From NCBI GenBank assembly GCA_963708025.1, contig CAVPSB010000002.1, forward strand, positions 192,001-256,000: a stretch of 64,000 nt of DNA, written 5' to 3'. Shown here in pieces: positions 38,814 through 49,004 of this stretch (positions are counted from its first letter, which is position 1; each line of letters begins with the position of its first letter). The notes beneath the pieces were generated by a model that saw only the letters and a list, made by a program, of their open reading frames with translations, was not told the DNA's origin and ran no database searches. A program made the translations under genes and the position numbers. Source of the stretch: an uncultured Candidatus Rokubacteria bacterium. Lineage in GTDB: Bacteria; Methylomirabilota; Methylomirabilia; Rokubacteriales; DASRDR01.

Positions 38814-39290
38814 ATGCGGCGCATCCACCAGGTCGTCAGCCTGAGCTTCCTGGGCCTCGGGGTCTTCCTGGTCCTCCAGGGCCGGGCCCTGGGCCTGGCC
38901 GGGCAGTTCGGCCCGGGGCCGGGATTCTTCGCGTTCTGGGTGGGCATCGGGCTGGCGGGCCTGAGCCTGGTGTGGCTCGGCCGGGCGACGCTGGGACCGG
39001 CGGAGGCGATGCCGCCGGACTTCGTGCCGCCACGGAGCGGGCTGCTGCGCGTCGTCTCGGTCGTGCTCGCGCTGGTCGCCTTCGCGGCGGTGCTGACGCC
39101 GCTCGGCTTCAACCTGGCCATGTTCGGGTTCCTCGTCTTTCTCTTGCTGGCCTTCGGCCGGGAGTACGCGGGCCTGAAGCTCGTCGTCGCCGTCGCCGGG
39201 AGCTTCGGGATCCACTACGTGTTCGAGCGGCTGCTCAGGGTGCCGCTGCCGTACGCGTCGGTGAGCCTGCTCCGGGACCTGGGCCTGTGA
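38814..39290 (+). CDS. tctB: TTT small subunit TctB
   Basis: GPGPGFFAFW, TM-rich, VPLP. Confidence 0.85.
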   Translation: MRRIHQVVSLSFLGLGVFLVLQGRALGLAGQFGPGPGFFAFWVGIGLAGLSLVWLGRATLGPAEAMPPDFVPPRSGLLRVVSVVLALVAFAAVLTPLGFNLAMFGFLVFLLLAFGREYAGLKLVVAVAGSFGIHYVFERLLRVPLPYASVSLLRDLGL

Positions 39291-39311
39291 GGATCCCTGG
39301 CGCTGGGGGGT

Positions 39312-39338
39312 ATCGGGGGGGCTTCCGAGACCCCCCGA
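39312..39338 (+). repeat. R1 core hairpin
   Basis: tcggggggcttccgagaccccccga-type inverted repeat. Confidence 0.6.
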
Positions 39339-39410
39339 ATCATCTAGAGTAGCCGTCGCGAGCGTGGCCACCGACCAAGGGGCGGAGGTGGGCCCCGACT
39401 GGAGATCCCG

Positions 39411-40640
39411 ATGACGGCCGTGGCATCCCGCAACATCCGGTTCGTGGGCCATTCGGACCAGGGCGGCCGGAGCGACGGCGTCCAGGTCATGGTGCACCGG
39501 GGCTACGCCTACGTCGGCCACGGCTTCAGCAACGGCATCACGGTCGTGGACGTGCGGGACCCGAAGCACCCGCGGGTGGTCGACTTCATCGCCTGTCCGC
39601 CCAACACCCGCGCCATCCACCTCCAGACGCACGAGGATCTGCTGCTGGCGGTCAACGGGCCGAGCGTCTGGCACATGCAGGAGTTCCAGAACCTCCAGAG
39701 CTACTTCGCCGCGTCGCCGGCCGACGTGCTGAAGGACCGGGCGGGCAGCTTCGCCGCGGGGATCCGGGTCTACGACATCTCCCGGCCCGAGAAGCCGGCC
39801 GAGATCGGGTTCATGCCGGTGGAGGGCATCGGACCGCACCGGATCTGGTACACGGGCGGCCGGTACGCCTACGCCTCGATCCACTTCGCGGACTTCACCG
39901 ACCACATCCTCGCGGTCGTGGACGTGTCCAACCCCCGGAAGCCCGAGGTCGCCGGCCGCTGGTGGATCCCCGGCATGTGGCGCGGCGGGTCCGAGACGCC
40001 GACCTGGCGCACGGGGCGGCGCTATGCCCTCCACCACGCCCTGGTGGCCGGCAACCTCGCCTATGGCGCCTGGCGCGACGGCGGCCTCACCGTGCTCGAC
40101 GTCGCCGACCCGACCCGACCCCGGCTGATCGTGCATCGCAACTGGGACCCGCCGTTCGGCGGTGGGACCCACTCGCCGCTGCCCCTGCCCGATCGCAACC
40201 TGCTCGTCGTCGGCGACGAGCCCACCAGCGCCAACTGCAGCCAGGGCCTGCGCTACGTCTGGGTCTTCGACGTCCGCGAGCCGGCCAACCCCGTCAGCAT
40301 CGCCACCTGTCCCACGCCGGCCGAGGCGGACTACTGCGCCAAGGGCGGCAACTTCGGCCCGCACAACCTCCACGAGAACCGGCCGGGGGCGCTCCAGAGC
40401 TCGCGTCTGATCTTCGCCACCTACTACAACGCGGGGGTGCGCGTCTACGACATCGAGAACCCGTTCCAGCCGCGCGAGGTCGGCTTCTACGTGCCGGCCG
40501 ATCCCGAGCGGATGGTCGACCCGCGGCCGAACCGGCCCCGGGTGATCCAGTCCTGCGATTGCTACGTGGACCCCAGCGGGCTCATGTACGTGACCGACAG
40601 CAACGCCGGCCTCAACATCCTGCAATTCGAGGGTCCCTGA
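39411..40640 (+). CDS. LVIVD-repeat beta-propeller protein
   Basis: Repeated GITVVDVRDP / GIRVYDISRP / LAVVDVSNP / GLTVLDVADP / VFDVREP / GVRVYDIENP; no signal peptide. Confidence 0.82.
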   Translation: MTAVASRNIRFVGHSDQGGRSDGVQVMVHRGYAYVGHGFSNGITVVDVRDPKHPRVVDFIACPPNTRAIHLQTHEDLLLAVNGPSVWHMQEFQNLQSYFAASPADVLKDRAGSFAAGIRVYDISRPEKPAEIGFMPVEGIGPHRIWYTGGRYAYASIHFADFTDHILAVVDVSNPRKPEVAGRWWIPGMWRGGSETPTWRTGRRYALHHALVAGNLAYGAWRDGGLTVLDVADPTRPRLIVHRNWDPPFGGGTHSPLPLPDRNLLVVGDEPTSANCSQGLRYVWVFDVREPANPVSIATCPTPAEADYCAKGGNFGPHNLHENRPGALQSSRLIFATYYNAGVRVYDIENPFQPREVGFYVPADPERMVDPRPNRPRVIQSCDCYVDPSGLMYVTDSNAGLNILQFEGP

Positions 40641-40660
40641 CCGGGACCGGGAGGGATACG

Positions 40661-41834
40661 ATGCGACGACAACGGATCCGGCTCGCGCTCGCGGTGGTGC
40701 TGCTCGTCCTGGGGGCGGCGGCGGTCCCGGCATCGGCCCAGGACGTCGTCAGGCTCGCCATCGTCGCCGAGATCACCGGGGGCGGCGCCCCCTCGGGGAC
40801 CATGTGGCGCGACGGGGTGATCCTGGCGGCCGAGGACCTCAACAAGAAGGGCGGGATCATGGGACGCCGCCTGGAGACGTCCGTCATGGACACCCAGTCG
40901 GACCCCCCGACCTCCGTCGCGGTGATGCGGCGGGCGGTCAACGAGCGCCCGTTCGCCGTCATGGGGACGGTGTACAGCTCCAGCACCGTGGCCAACATGG
41001 ACATCGCCCGGCAGGCCGGCATCCCCCAGATCAGCGGCTCCGAGTCGGTGCTGGTCGTCCAGAAGGGGAACCCCAACATCTTCCTGACGTCCTTCAGCCA
41101 GCAGGTCGGGTTCGCCAAGCTGGTCCGCTGGCTGGTGGAGGACCTCAAGGCCGAGAAGATCGCCCTGATCTACGTGAACAACGCCTTCGGCAAGGGCGGG
41201 CGGGAGATGTTCCTGAAGTTCCTCAAGGACCGCGGCAAGTCGGTGGTGGCCGACATCTCCACCGAGGTGCAGCAGGCCGACTTCACGCCGGAGCTGACCC
41301 AGGTGCGGGCCGCCGGGGCCACCCACCTCATGGTCTACAACCACGAGGAGGAGAACGCGCGGATCATGATCCAGGTGCGCAAGATGGGGCTCGGTGTGGA
41401 GACGGTGGGGGACAACCTGTGCGCCCAGACCACCGTGGAAGCCGGCGGCGACGCGGTGAACGGCTCGAAGTGCCACGTCCCGATGACGGCGCTCTCGCCG
41501 ATCCCGAGCATGATGGAGGTGGGCAAGCGCCTGCAGGAGCGGTTCGGGCGGGTGCCGGATCACAACGCCTTCAAGGGGTACATCGGCGTGCACCTCCTGA
41601 AGGCGGCCGTCGAGCGGGTCGGGGCCTTCGACCAGGCCAAGATCCGCGACTGCCTCCACAACAACTTCTTCACCGACGGCCGACGAGCCCGGGCTCCTCA
41701 TGGACACCTACGTGGACGACAAGGGCGACGCCGACCGGCCCAGCTTCATCGTGGAGGTGAAGAACAAGCGGTCGGAGGTGACCAAGGTCCTGCCCTTGCT
41801 GGGCGGCCCGTACACCAAGCGCGCTTGTCGGTAG
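40661..41834 (+). CDS. branched-chain amino acid-type ABC substrate-binding protein (frameshift ~41678)
   Basis: Signal peptide; LNKKGGIMGRRLE, DTQSDP, QADFTPEL; the C-terminus DEPGLLMDTYVDDKGD...RACR* lies in a shifted frame. Confidence 0.85.
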
Positions 41835-41840
41835 CGTTCC

Positions 41841-41870
41841 CGGGGGGGTCGTCCGAGACCCCCCCGACGC
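41841..41870 (+). repeat. R1 core hairpin
   Basis: cgggggggtcgtccgagacccccccg. Confidence 0.65.
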
Positions 41871-41901
41871 CTTCCCCTCCGAGTCAGGCGAGGACGACGC
41901 C

Positions 41902-42776
<875 letters not shown>

Positions 42777-42780
<4 letters not shown>

Positions 42781-43754
42781 ATGTCCTCGGCTGGCGGAGG
42801 TGGCCGGTCGGGAGGCTCCTGCCGCTGGTGGCGCTCGCGCTCGGCGCGCTGCTGCCCCTGGCGTTCGAGCAGTACAAGCTCTACGTGGCGAGCCTGACGC
42901 TCGTGTACCTGATCATGGCCATCGGGCTCAACCTCACCCTGGGCTACGCCGGTCAGATCTCGCTCGCGCACGCCGCGTTCATGTCCTTCGGGGCCTACCC
43001 GGTCGCGATCCTCGGCCAGCGGGGGCTGCCGATCGAGCTGGGCCTCCTCATCGGGGCCGGGCTCGGGTTCGGCTGGGGCCTCGTCGTCGGCTTCCCGGCG
43101 CTGAAGGTCAAGCATCACTACCTGGCCATGGTCACGCTCGGGTTCAACATCATCGTCTTCCTCGTGCTCCGGAACTGGGAGTCGCTGACCGGCGGCTCCT
43201 TCGGGATCTCGGGGATCGCCCGGCCGGCCTGGGGTCCGATCAGCTTCACATCCGACCGCGCCTATTACGTCTACATCCTGGGCTGGGCGGCGGTCGTGGT
43301 GGCCTCGGCGTACTGGATCCTGACCTCCCGGTGGGGGCGCGCCTTCCGGGCGATCCGGGAGAACGAGATGCGTGCCGAGGTGGTCGGGGTGAGCCTGCGG
43401 AACTACAAGCTGATGGCCTTCGCCATCGGCGCCGCCTACGCGGGGATCGGCGGGGCGCTCTTCGCGCCCCTGCTCGGCTACATCGATCCCGGCGCCTTCA
43501 CGCTCGACCGCTCGATCCAGTTCCTGATGATGGTCGTGATCGGCGGGCTGGGGCGGTTCGAGGGTCCCTTCATCGGGGCGGTGCTGGTGACGGTCCTGCC
43601 CGAGGTGCTGCGGGCCTCGGAGGGGCTGTACCTGGTCATCTACGCGGCGGCGGTCATGCTCCTGATGCTGTTCATGCCCAAGGGGCTGGTCGGGCTGTGG
43701 GATCGCGCGGTGGCCCTGCTGGGAGCACGCCCATCCTCGAAATTCGGGACCTGA
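42777..43754 (+). CDS. livM: branched-chain amino acid ABC permease LivM
   Basis: GYAGQISLAHAAF, YLAMVTL, GRAFRAIRENE, PKGLVG. Confidence 0.88.
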
Positions 43755-44464
43755 CGAAGAACTTCTTCCGGATGTCGGCCCTGAGCGCGGTGAGCCTCGC
43801 CGTGGAGCCCGGCGAGCTCCTGGGCATCATCGGGCCGAACGGCTCCGGCAAGACGACGCTGTTCAACTGCGTCACCGGCGTCCTGCGGCCGTCGAGCGGG
43901 CAGGTCCGATTCAAGGGCCAGGACATCACGGGGCTCACCGCCGACCAGGTCTACCGCCGGGGCATCGCCCGGACGTTCCAGCTCATCCAGATCTTTCCCG
44001 AGATGACCGTGCTCGAGAACATGCTGATGGCGGCCCAGGAGCGGAAGGGCAGTCTGCTCGGGCGGCTGCTGCGGCGGGAAGAGACCGCGGAGACCGATCG
44101 GGCGAGGGGGCTACTGGAGTACCTCAACATCGCGGCGGTGAAGGACAACCTCGCCTCGAACCTGTCCTACGGGCAGCAGAAGCTCCTCGACTTCGGCATG
44201 GCGCTCATGCCCGAGCCCGAGGTGGTCCTGCTCGACGAGCCGCTGGCCGGCGTGAACCCGACGATGATCAACACCCTGGTGGGCCACATCCGGGAGCTGA
44301 ACGCCCGGGGGCACACGTTCGTCGTCATCGAGCACAACATGGAGGTCGTCATGTCGCTCTGCCGGCGCATCGTCGTCCTCAGCCAGGGCGAGCGCATCGC
44401 GGAGGGCACGCCGGCCGAGGTCGCCGACAACCCCCTGGTGCTCGACGCGTACTTCGGGAGGTGA
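43697..44464 (+). CDS. livG: ABC ATP-binding protein LivG
   Basis: GPNGSGKTT, ARTFQ, LSYGQQK, LLDEP, IEHNM; start uncertain. Confidence 0.88.
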   Translation: MGSRGGPAGSTPILEIRDLTKNFFRMSALSAVSLAVEPGELLGIIGPNGSGKTTLFNCVTGVLRPSSGQVRFKGQDITGLTADQVYRRGIARTFQLIQIFPEMTVLENMLMAAQERKGSLLGRLLRREETAETDRARGLLEYLNIAAVKDNLASNLSYGQQKLLDFGMALMPEPEVVLLDEPLAGVNPTMINTLVGHIRELNARGHTFVVIEHNMEVVMSLCRRIVVLSQGERIAEGTPAEVADNPLVLDAYFGR

Positions 44465-44467
44465 GCG

Positions 44468-45178
44468 GTGGCCCTGCTCGAGGTCCGGGACCTCCACGCC
44501 GGGTACGGGAAGATCGAGATCCTGAAGGGCGTGTCGCTCTCGGTCGAGGCCGGGCAGGTCGTCTCGATCATCGGCCCCAACGGGGCGGGCAAGTCCACGG
44601 TCTTCAAGACGCTCTTCGGGCTCCTGCCGGTCCGCCAGGGGCGCGTCCGCTTCGACGGCGAGGACGTCACCAGCCGCCCCCCGGCCGAGCTGCTGCGCCG
44701 CGGGATCGCCTACGTCCCCCAGGGGCGGAACGTCTTCCCCCTGATGTCGGTCGAGGAGAACCTGCGGCTGGGGGCCTACACCCGGCCGCGCTCGCGGGAG
44801 CTCGAGGGCGAGGTCGAGCGCGTGTACGAGACCTTCCCGGCGCTCCGCGAGGCCCGCCGGAAGCGGGCCGCCGACCTCTCGGGTGGCCAGCAGCAGATGC
44901 TGGAGATGGGCCGCGCCCTGCTGCTCCGGCCGCGGCTGATGCTGCTCGACGAGCCGACCCTCGGGCTGGCGCCGCTCGTCTTCCGGGAGATCTTCCGGAT
45001 CATCGGGGAGCTGCGGCGGCTCGGGCAGACCATCCTCATGGTCGAGCAGAACGCGGCCAAGGCCCTCGAGATCTCCGACTACGCCTACGTGCTCGAGCTG
45101 GGGCTGAACCGCTTCGAGGGCACCGGCGAGCAGATCCGGAACGACGAGCGCATCCGCCGTCTGTACCTCGGGCGATAG
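44468..45178 (+). CDS. livF: ABC ATP-binding protein LivF
   Basis: GPNGAGKST, LSGGQQQM, LDEPTLGLAP, VEQNA, YLG. Confidence 0.9.
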   Translation: MALLEVRDLHAGYGKIEILKGVSLSVEAGQVVSIIGPNGAGKSTVFKTLFGLLPVRQGRVRFDGEDVTSRPPAELLRRGIAYVPQGRNVFPLMSVEENLRLGAYTRPRSRELEGEVERVYETFPALREARRKRAADLSGGQQQMLEMGRALLLRPRLMLLDEPTLGLAPLVFREIFRIIGELRRLGQTILMVEQNAAKALEISDYAYVLELGLNRFEGTGEQIRNDERIRRLYLGR

Positions 45179-45201
45179 TCAGTCGAAGACGACCACGCCG
45201 C
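45166..45201 (+). repeat. left copy of 36-bp direct repeat (livF end + adh end)
   Basis: cctcgggcgatagtcagtcgaagacgaccacgccgc; 32/36 identical to 48969-49004. Confidence 0.85.
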
Positions 45202-45303
45202 CATCGAGCCGATCCTGGACATCTTCAAGACGCTTCTCAACGTGATCGCGGACCTCAGGGCGGCGACGATTCTCTCCGCTCGATCCGCTCCGGCTGCCGC
45301 CGG

Positions 45304-46413
45304 GTGATTCACTTCATCGTTCCCGGCGCGCAGGAATGGGGGATCCGCGACTACCTCAACCTCTACGCTCCGGCGCTCGCCCCACGGGTCAACGTGCTCC
45401 ACTACGAGGATCTACCGGAGCGGACCAGCGCAGCCTCGGGCACCTACATCTTCTCGGCGCTGGATCAGCTGAGTGTCGGGGGGAGGCGCCTGGCCGCGGA
45501 GCTGGCCGATCAGCTCGAGCAGCCGGGCGCCGGCTGTCGGGTGATCAATCATCCCGCCCGGGCGCTGCTTCGACTCGAGCTGCTCGAGACGCTCCACCGC
45601 GAGGGGCTCAACCAGCATCGGGCCGCCCGCGCCAACGGAGATCTCTCGACCCTCCGGTTCCCGGTCTTCCTCCGTGAGGAGTTCCAACACAGCGGGACGC
45701 TCACCCCGCTGCTCCAGACCCGCGCCGAGCTGGACCGGGCGCTGGGCCGCGCGGTGCTGCAAGGATTTCGGCTCCCGGAGCTCCTGGTGGTCGAGTTCTG
45801 CGAGACCGCCGATGCCGAAGGACGATACTGCAAGTACGCCGCATTCAAGATCGGCTCGGAGATCTTCGCGGACGGTTGGGAGCGGGGGCGGGAGTGGATG
45901 CTCAAGGCTGAGCAGAGCGAGCAGAGCGAGGCCAGGCTTCTGGAGGAACGAGTCTACGTTTTGGGCAATCCCCACGAACAGAGCCTTCGCCGGATCTTCG
46001 AGCTGGCCGGGGTCGAGTATGGCCGGATCGACTATGCGATCAAGGATGGGCGGGTGGAAACGTGGGAGATCAATCTGAATCCCACCATCCGACGAGGACG
46101 GCGTCCCGACTTCCGCCCCCTTCCCGAGGCGCTGGACCGGATCAAGGACGTGGCACGACAGCACTTCCTGGACCGGTTCGAGGCCGCGCTGGGGGGCCTG
46201 GACCCCGGCGGGCCGCCGGTCCAACTTCGACTTGCCTACGGTGAAGGATGTCGGGAAGAAGCGAAGCCGATGATCCGACCCGGCGGGCCGCGCGGATGGC
46301 TGGTACCGGTGGCAAGGGTGTTCCGGCCGATCGTGCCGTTCCTGGACCGGATGAGCCGGGCGTTCACTCCGCTCGTGGCTCGGGCGGCTCGGAGGCGGCG
46401 TAAGAGTCGCTAG
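45304..46413 (+). CDS. hypothetical protein with ATP-grasp-like motifs
   Basis: VINHP, FPVFLR, LVVEF, YGRIDY, WEINLNP; atypical codon usage. Confidence 0.65.
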   Translation: MIHFIVPGAQEWGIRDYLNLYAPALAPRVNVLHYEDLPERTSAASGTYIFSALDQLSVGGRRLAAELADQLEQPGAGCRVINHPARALLRLELLETLHREGLNQHRAARANGDLSTLRFPVFLREEFQHSGTLTPLLQTRAELDRALGRAVLQGFRLPELLVVEFCETADAEGRYCKYAAFKIGSEIFADGWERGREWMLKAEQSEQSEARLLEERVYVLGNPHEQSLRRIFELAGVEYGRIDYAIKDGRVETWEINLNPTIRRGRRPDFRPLPEALDRIKDVARQHFLDRFEAALGGLDPGGPPVQLRLAYGEGCREEAKPMIRPGGPRGWLVPVARVFRPIVPFLDRMSRAFTPLVARAARRRRKSR

Positions 46414-46810
46414 GGCCGTTCTCACGGCGCGACGGGTTGCCGCGGTTCGGGGTGGTCGGGATTCCACCCCCTACACTCGGATACGTTTATCTACGCCTCG
46501 TGGCCAGCGGGCAGATCCGCCTGCGGGGAGCGCTGGCAAACTCGGCGGTGGCGCTATATCCCGGCGGTGCTCAGTCAGCGAGGGCGAAGTGCGGCATGAC
46601 GCGCCGCGCACTGGCGCCAGAAGAATCGTCTTCGAGGGGCGTGCCTAATGCCGGGGTACGCCAGAAATCGCGTCTTCCTGGCAGTCACACCGCGAGCTAT
46701 GCTGAGCCACCTCAATTTCGACTGGACGATCTCACCCGCCACTCGCCCGGGGCCCGAACCGCGGGCTGGCGCAGGCGTGGAGCAGGAGGTACATTGACTC
46801 GGAGATCCCC

Positions 46811-47596
46811 ATGGCGAAGGCCGAAACGCCGCCGAGGCCGCCGCTCACCGCCTACCACGCGAGCGAAGAGGAGCGGGCCGGCTTCCTGCGCCGGATGTTC
46901 GACGGGGTCGCGCCGGACTACGACCGCATGGAGCAGCTGTTCACGATCGGGACCGGCTCCTGGTACCGCCGGCAGGCGCTGGCGCGGGCGGGCCTGACGC
47001 CCGGGATGCGGGTGGTCGACGTTGGCGCCGGCACGGGCCTGGTGGCGCGCGAAGCCGCGCGGCTGGTCGCCGATCCGGTGCTGGTCACCGGGGTCGATCC
47101 GAGCATCGGGATGCTGGCCTGTGCCAGGCTGCCCGCCGGGGTGCGGCGACTGGGCGGGCGGGCGGAGGCGATTCCCCTGGCGGACGGGAGCTGTGACTTC
47201 TTGAGCATGGGCTACGCATTGCGCCACGTCAGCGACCTCGCGACGGCCTTCCGCGAATTCCGGCGCGTCCTCAAGCCGGGCGGCCGGCTCTGTCTGCTGG
47301 AGATCACGAGGCCCGAGGGGCGTCTCAGCCGGGCCCTGCTCCGGGGCTACATGCGCCGGGTGATGCCGGCCGTCGTCCGGCTGGTCACGCGCTCGTCGGC
47401 CACGAGCGAGATGTGGCACTACTACTGGGACACCATGGAAGCCGCCGCGCCGCCGGCGCAGGTGATCGGCGCGCTCGAGGCCGCCGGCTTCACCGGGGTA
47501 CGGCGGCACATCGAAACGCCGCTCCTGAGCCTCTTCGCCGAGTACCAGGCGGTGAAGCCCGGGGCCGCGGCCGGCTCGGGCCCCGGCGGGTCCTGA
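46811..47596 (+). CDS. class I SAM-dependent methyltransferase (UbiE/MenG-like)
   Basis: MFDGVAPDYD, VDVGAGTG, GVDPS, GYALRHV, RVLKPGG. Confidence 0.85.
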   Translation: MAKAETPPRPPLTAYHASEEERAGFLRRMFDGVAPDYDRMEQLFTIGTGSWYRRQALARAGLTPGMRVVDVGAGTGLVAREAARLVADPVLVTGVDPSIGMLACARLPAGVRRLGGRAEAIPLADGSCDFLSMGYALRHVSDLATAFREFRRVLKPGGRLCLLEITRPEGRLSRALLRGYMRRVMPAVVRLVTRSSATSEMWHYYWDTMEAAAPPAQVIGALEAAGFTGVRRHIETPLLSLFAEYQAVKPGAAAGSGPGGS

Positions 47597-47656
47597 GCGG
47601 GCGGAGGAGCGGAACGGAATCCCCCCAGGGTGGCCGAGAATGGGCATTGTGTTGAC

Positions 47657-47732
47657 TCCCCCCCCCTCACCCTGCCCTCTCCCCGGTGGGGAGAGGGAGG
47701 TTCGAGGCCTGTTCCCTCTCCCCTGTGGAGAG
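47657..47732. repeat. BoxC-like R3 repeat(s)
   Basis: cccctcaccctgccctctccccggtggggagaggg plus a second ccctctcccc..ggagag. Confidence 0.7.
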
Positions 47733-47773
47733 ATGGAATATTCACCCATACTGGAAAACACTCGCGTGCGTTC

Positions 47774-47802
47774 TTGACAGAGGTGGAAAACGCCCGTAGC
47801 CT
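47774..47802 (+). promoter_or_regulatory. sigma70 promoter, probably leaderless transcript
   Basis: TTGACA-17 nt-TAGCCT; ATG 7 nt downstream of the -10; no SD. Confidence 0.6.
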
Positions 47803-47808
47803 GGGCGC

Positions 47809-48928
47809 ATGCGTGCCCGGGCTCGCTATCTCGAGGCGCAGGTCCGCCGGGACCTCGGGCGCAAGATGGTCTTCGTGGCGGGGCCACGCCAGGTCGGCAA
47901 GACCACCCTCGCCCGCCGGCTGCTTGGCGCGCGCCCCGGCTACCTCAACTGGGACGTGGCCGCAGATCGCGAGCGCATCCTCCGGGGCGAGCTGCCGCCC
48001 TCGGACTTCTGGGTCTTCGACGAGATCCACAAGTACCGGCTGTGGCGCGGCTTCCTCAAGGGGCTGTACGACGCCCGCCGCGCCCGGCAGCGCATCCTGG
48101 TCACCGGCAGCGCCCGGCTGGACTTCTACCGCCACGGGGGCGACTCGCTCCAGGGCCGCTATCACCTGCTCCGCCTGCATCCCCTCTCGGCGGGCGAGCT
48201 GGGGCTGCGCCGGCCGGGTGAGCTGGCGGACCTGCTCACCCTCGGCGGCTTCCCCGAGCCCTACTTCGGCGGCGACCGAGCGGGAGGCCCGGCGCTGGTC
48301 GCGCGAGTACCGCGTGCGCCTCGTGCGCGAGGAGCTGGCCAGCCTGGAGCGGGTGACGGACCTCGGGCGGATCGAGCTGCTGATGGTGCGCCTGCCCGAG
48401 CTGGTCGGCTCCCCGCTGTCGCTGAACGCGCTCCGGGAGGACCTCCAGGTCAGCCACGAGACGGTGGCCAACTGGGTGGCCATCCTGGAGCGCCTCTACG
48501 CCGTCTTCCGCGTGGCCCCGTTCGGGGCGCCGCGCCTCCGGGCGGTGCGAAAGGAGCAGAAGCACTACCACCTCGACTGGACGCTGGTGCCCGGCGACCC
48601 ACAGCGCTTCGAGAACCTGGTCGGGGCGCACCTCCTCAAGTGGGTGCACTTCCGGGAGGACACGGAGGGCCGCGACGTGGAGCTGCGCTACTTCCGCGAC
48701 GTGGACGGGCGCGAGGTGGACTTCGTGGTCGTCGAGGGCCGCCGGCCGACCCACCTCGTCGAGTGCAAGTGGGCGGACGCGCCCGTGGACCGCGGCCTGC
48801 GCTACCTCAAGGCGCGCTTCCCCTCGTGCGAGGCGTGGCAGGTCTCCGCCGTGGGGACGAAAGACTTCGTGAGCCCCGAGGGCATCCGCGTCGCGCCGGC
48901 GCTCGAGTTGCTGCGCGGGCTGCCCTGA
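47809..48928 (+). CDS. AAA+ ATPase (AAA_14) with DUF4143 domain (frameshift ~48275)
   Basis: GPRQVGKTT, FDEIHK, VTGSA, GDSLQGRY, GGFPE, FENLV, YFRD..GREVDFV, ECK. Confidence 0.88.
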
Positions 48929-48942
48929 CGCTCGGCGGCGGC

Positions 48943-48968
48943 CCCCTCACCCCGACCCTCTCCCCGGG
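48943..48968. repeat. BoxC-like R3 repeat (partial)
   Basis: cccctcaccccgaccctctccccgg. Confidence 0.65.
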
Positions 48969-49004
48969 CCTGGGGCGATAGTCAGTCGAACACCACGACG
49001 CCGC
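48969..49004 (+). repeat. right copy of 36-bp direct repeat
   Basis: cctggggcgatagtcagtcgaacaccacgacgccgc. Confidence 0.85.

Noticed and set aside
46414-46810. Riboswitch or ncRNA upstream of the methyltransferase
   Set aside because: I could not match any conserved riboswitch core by eye; an Rfam/Infernal scan is needed.
45202-48968. Autonomous IS, prophage or ICE
   Set aside because: No transposase, integrase, phage or conjugation genes and no terminal inverted repeats.
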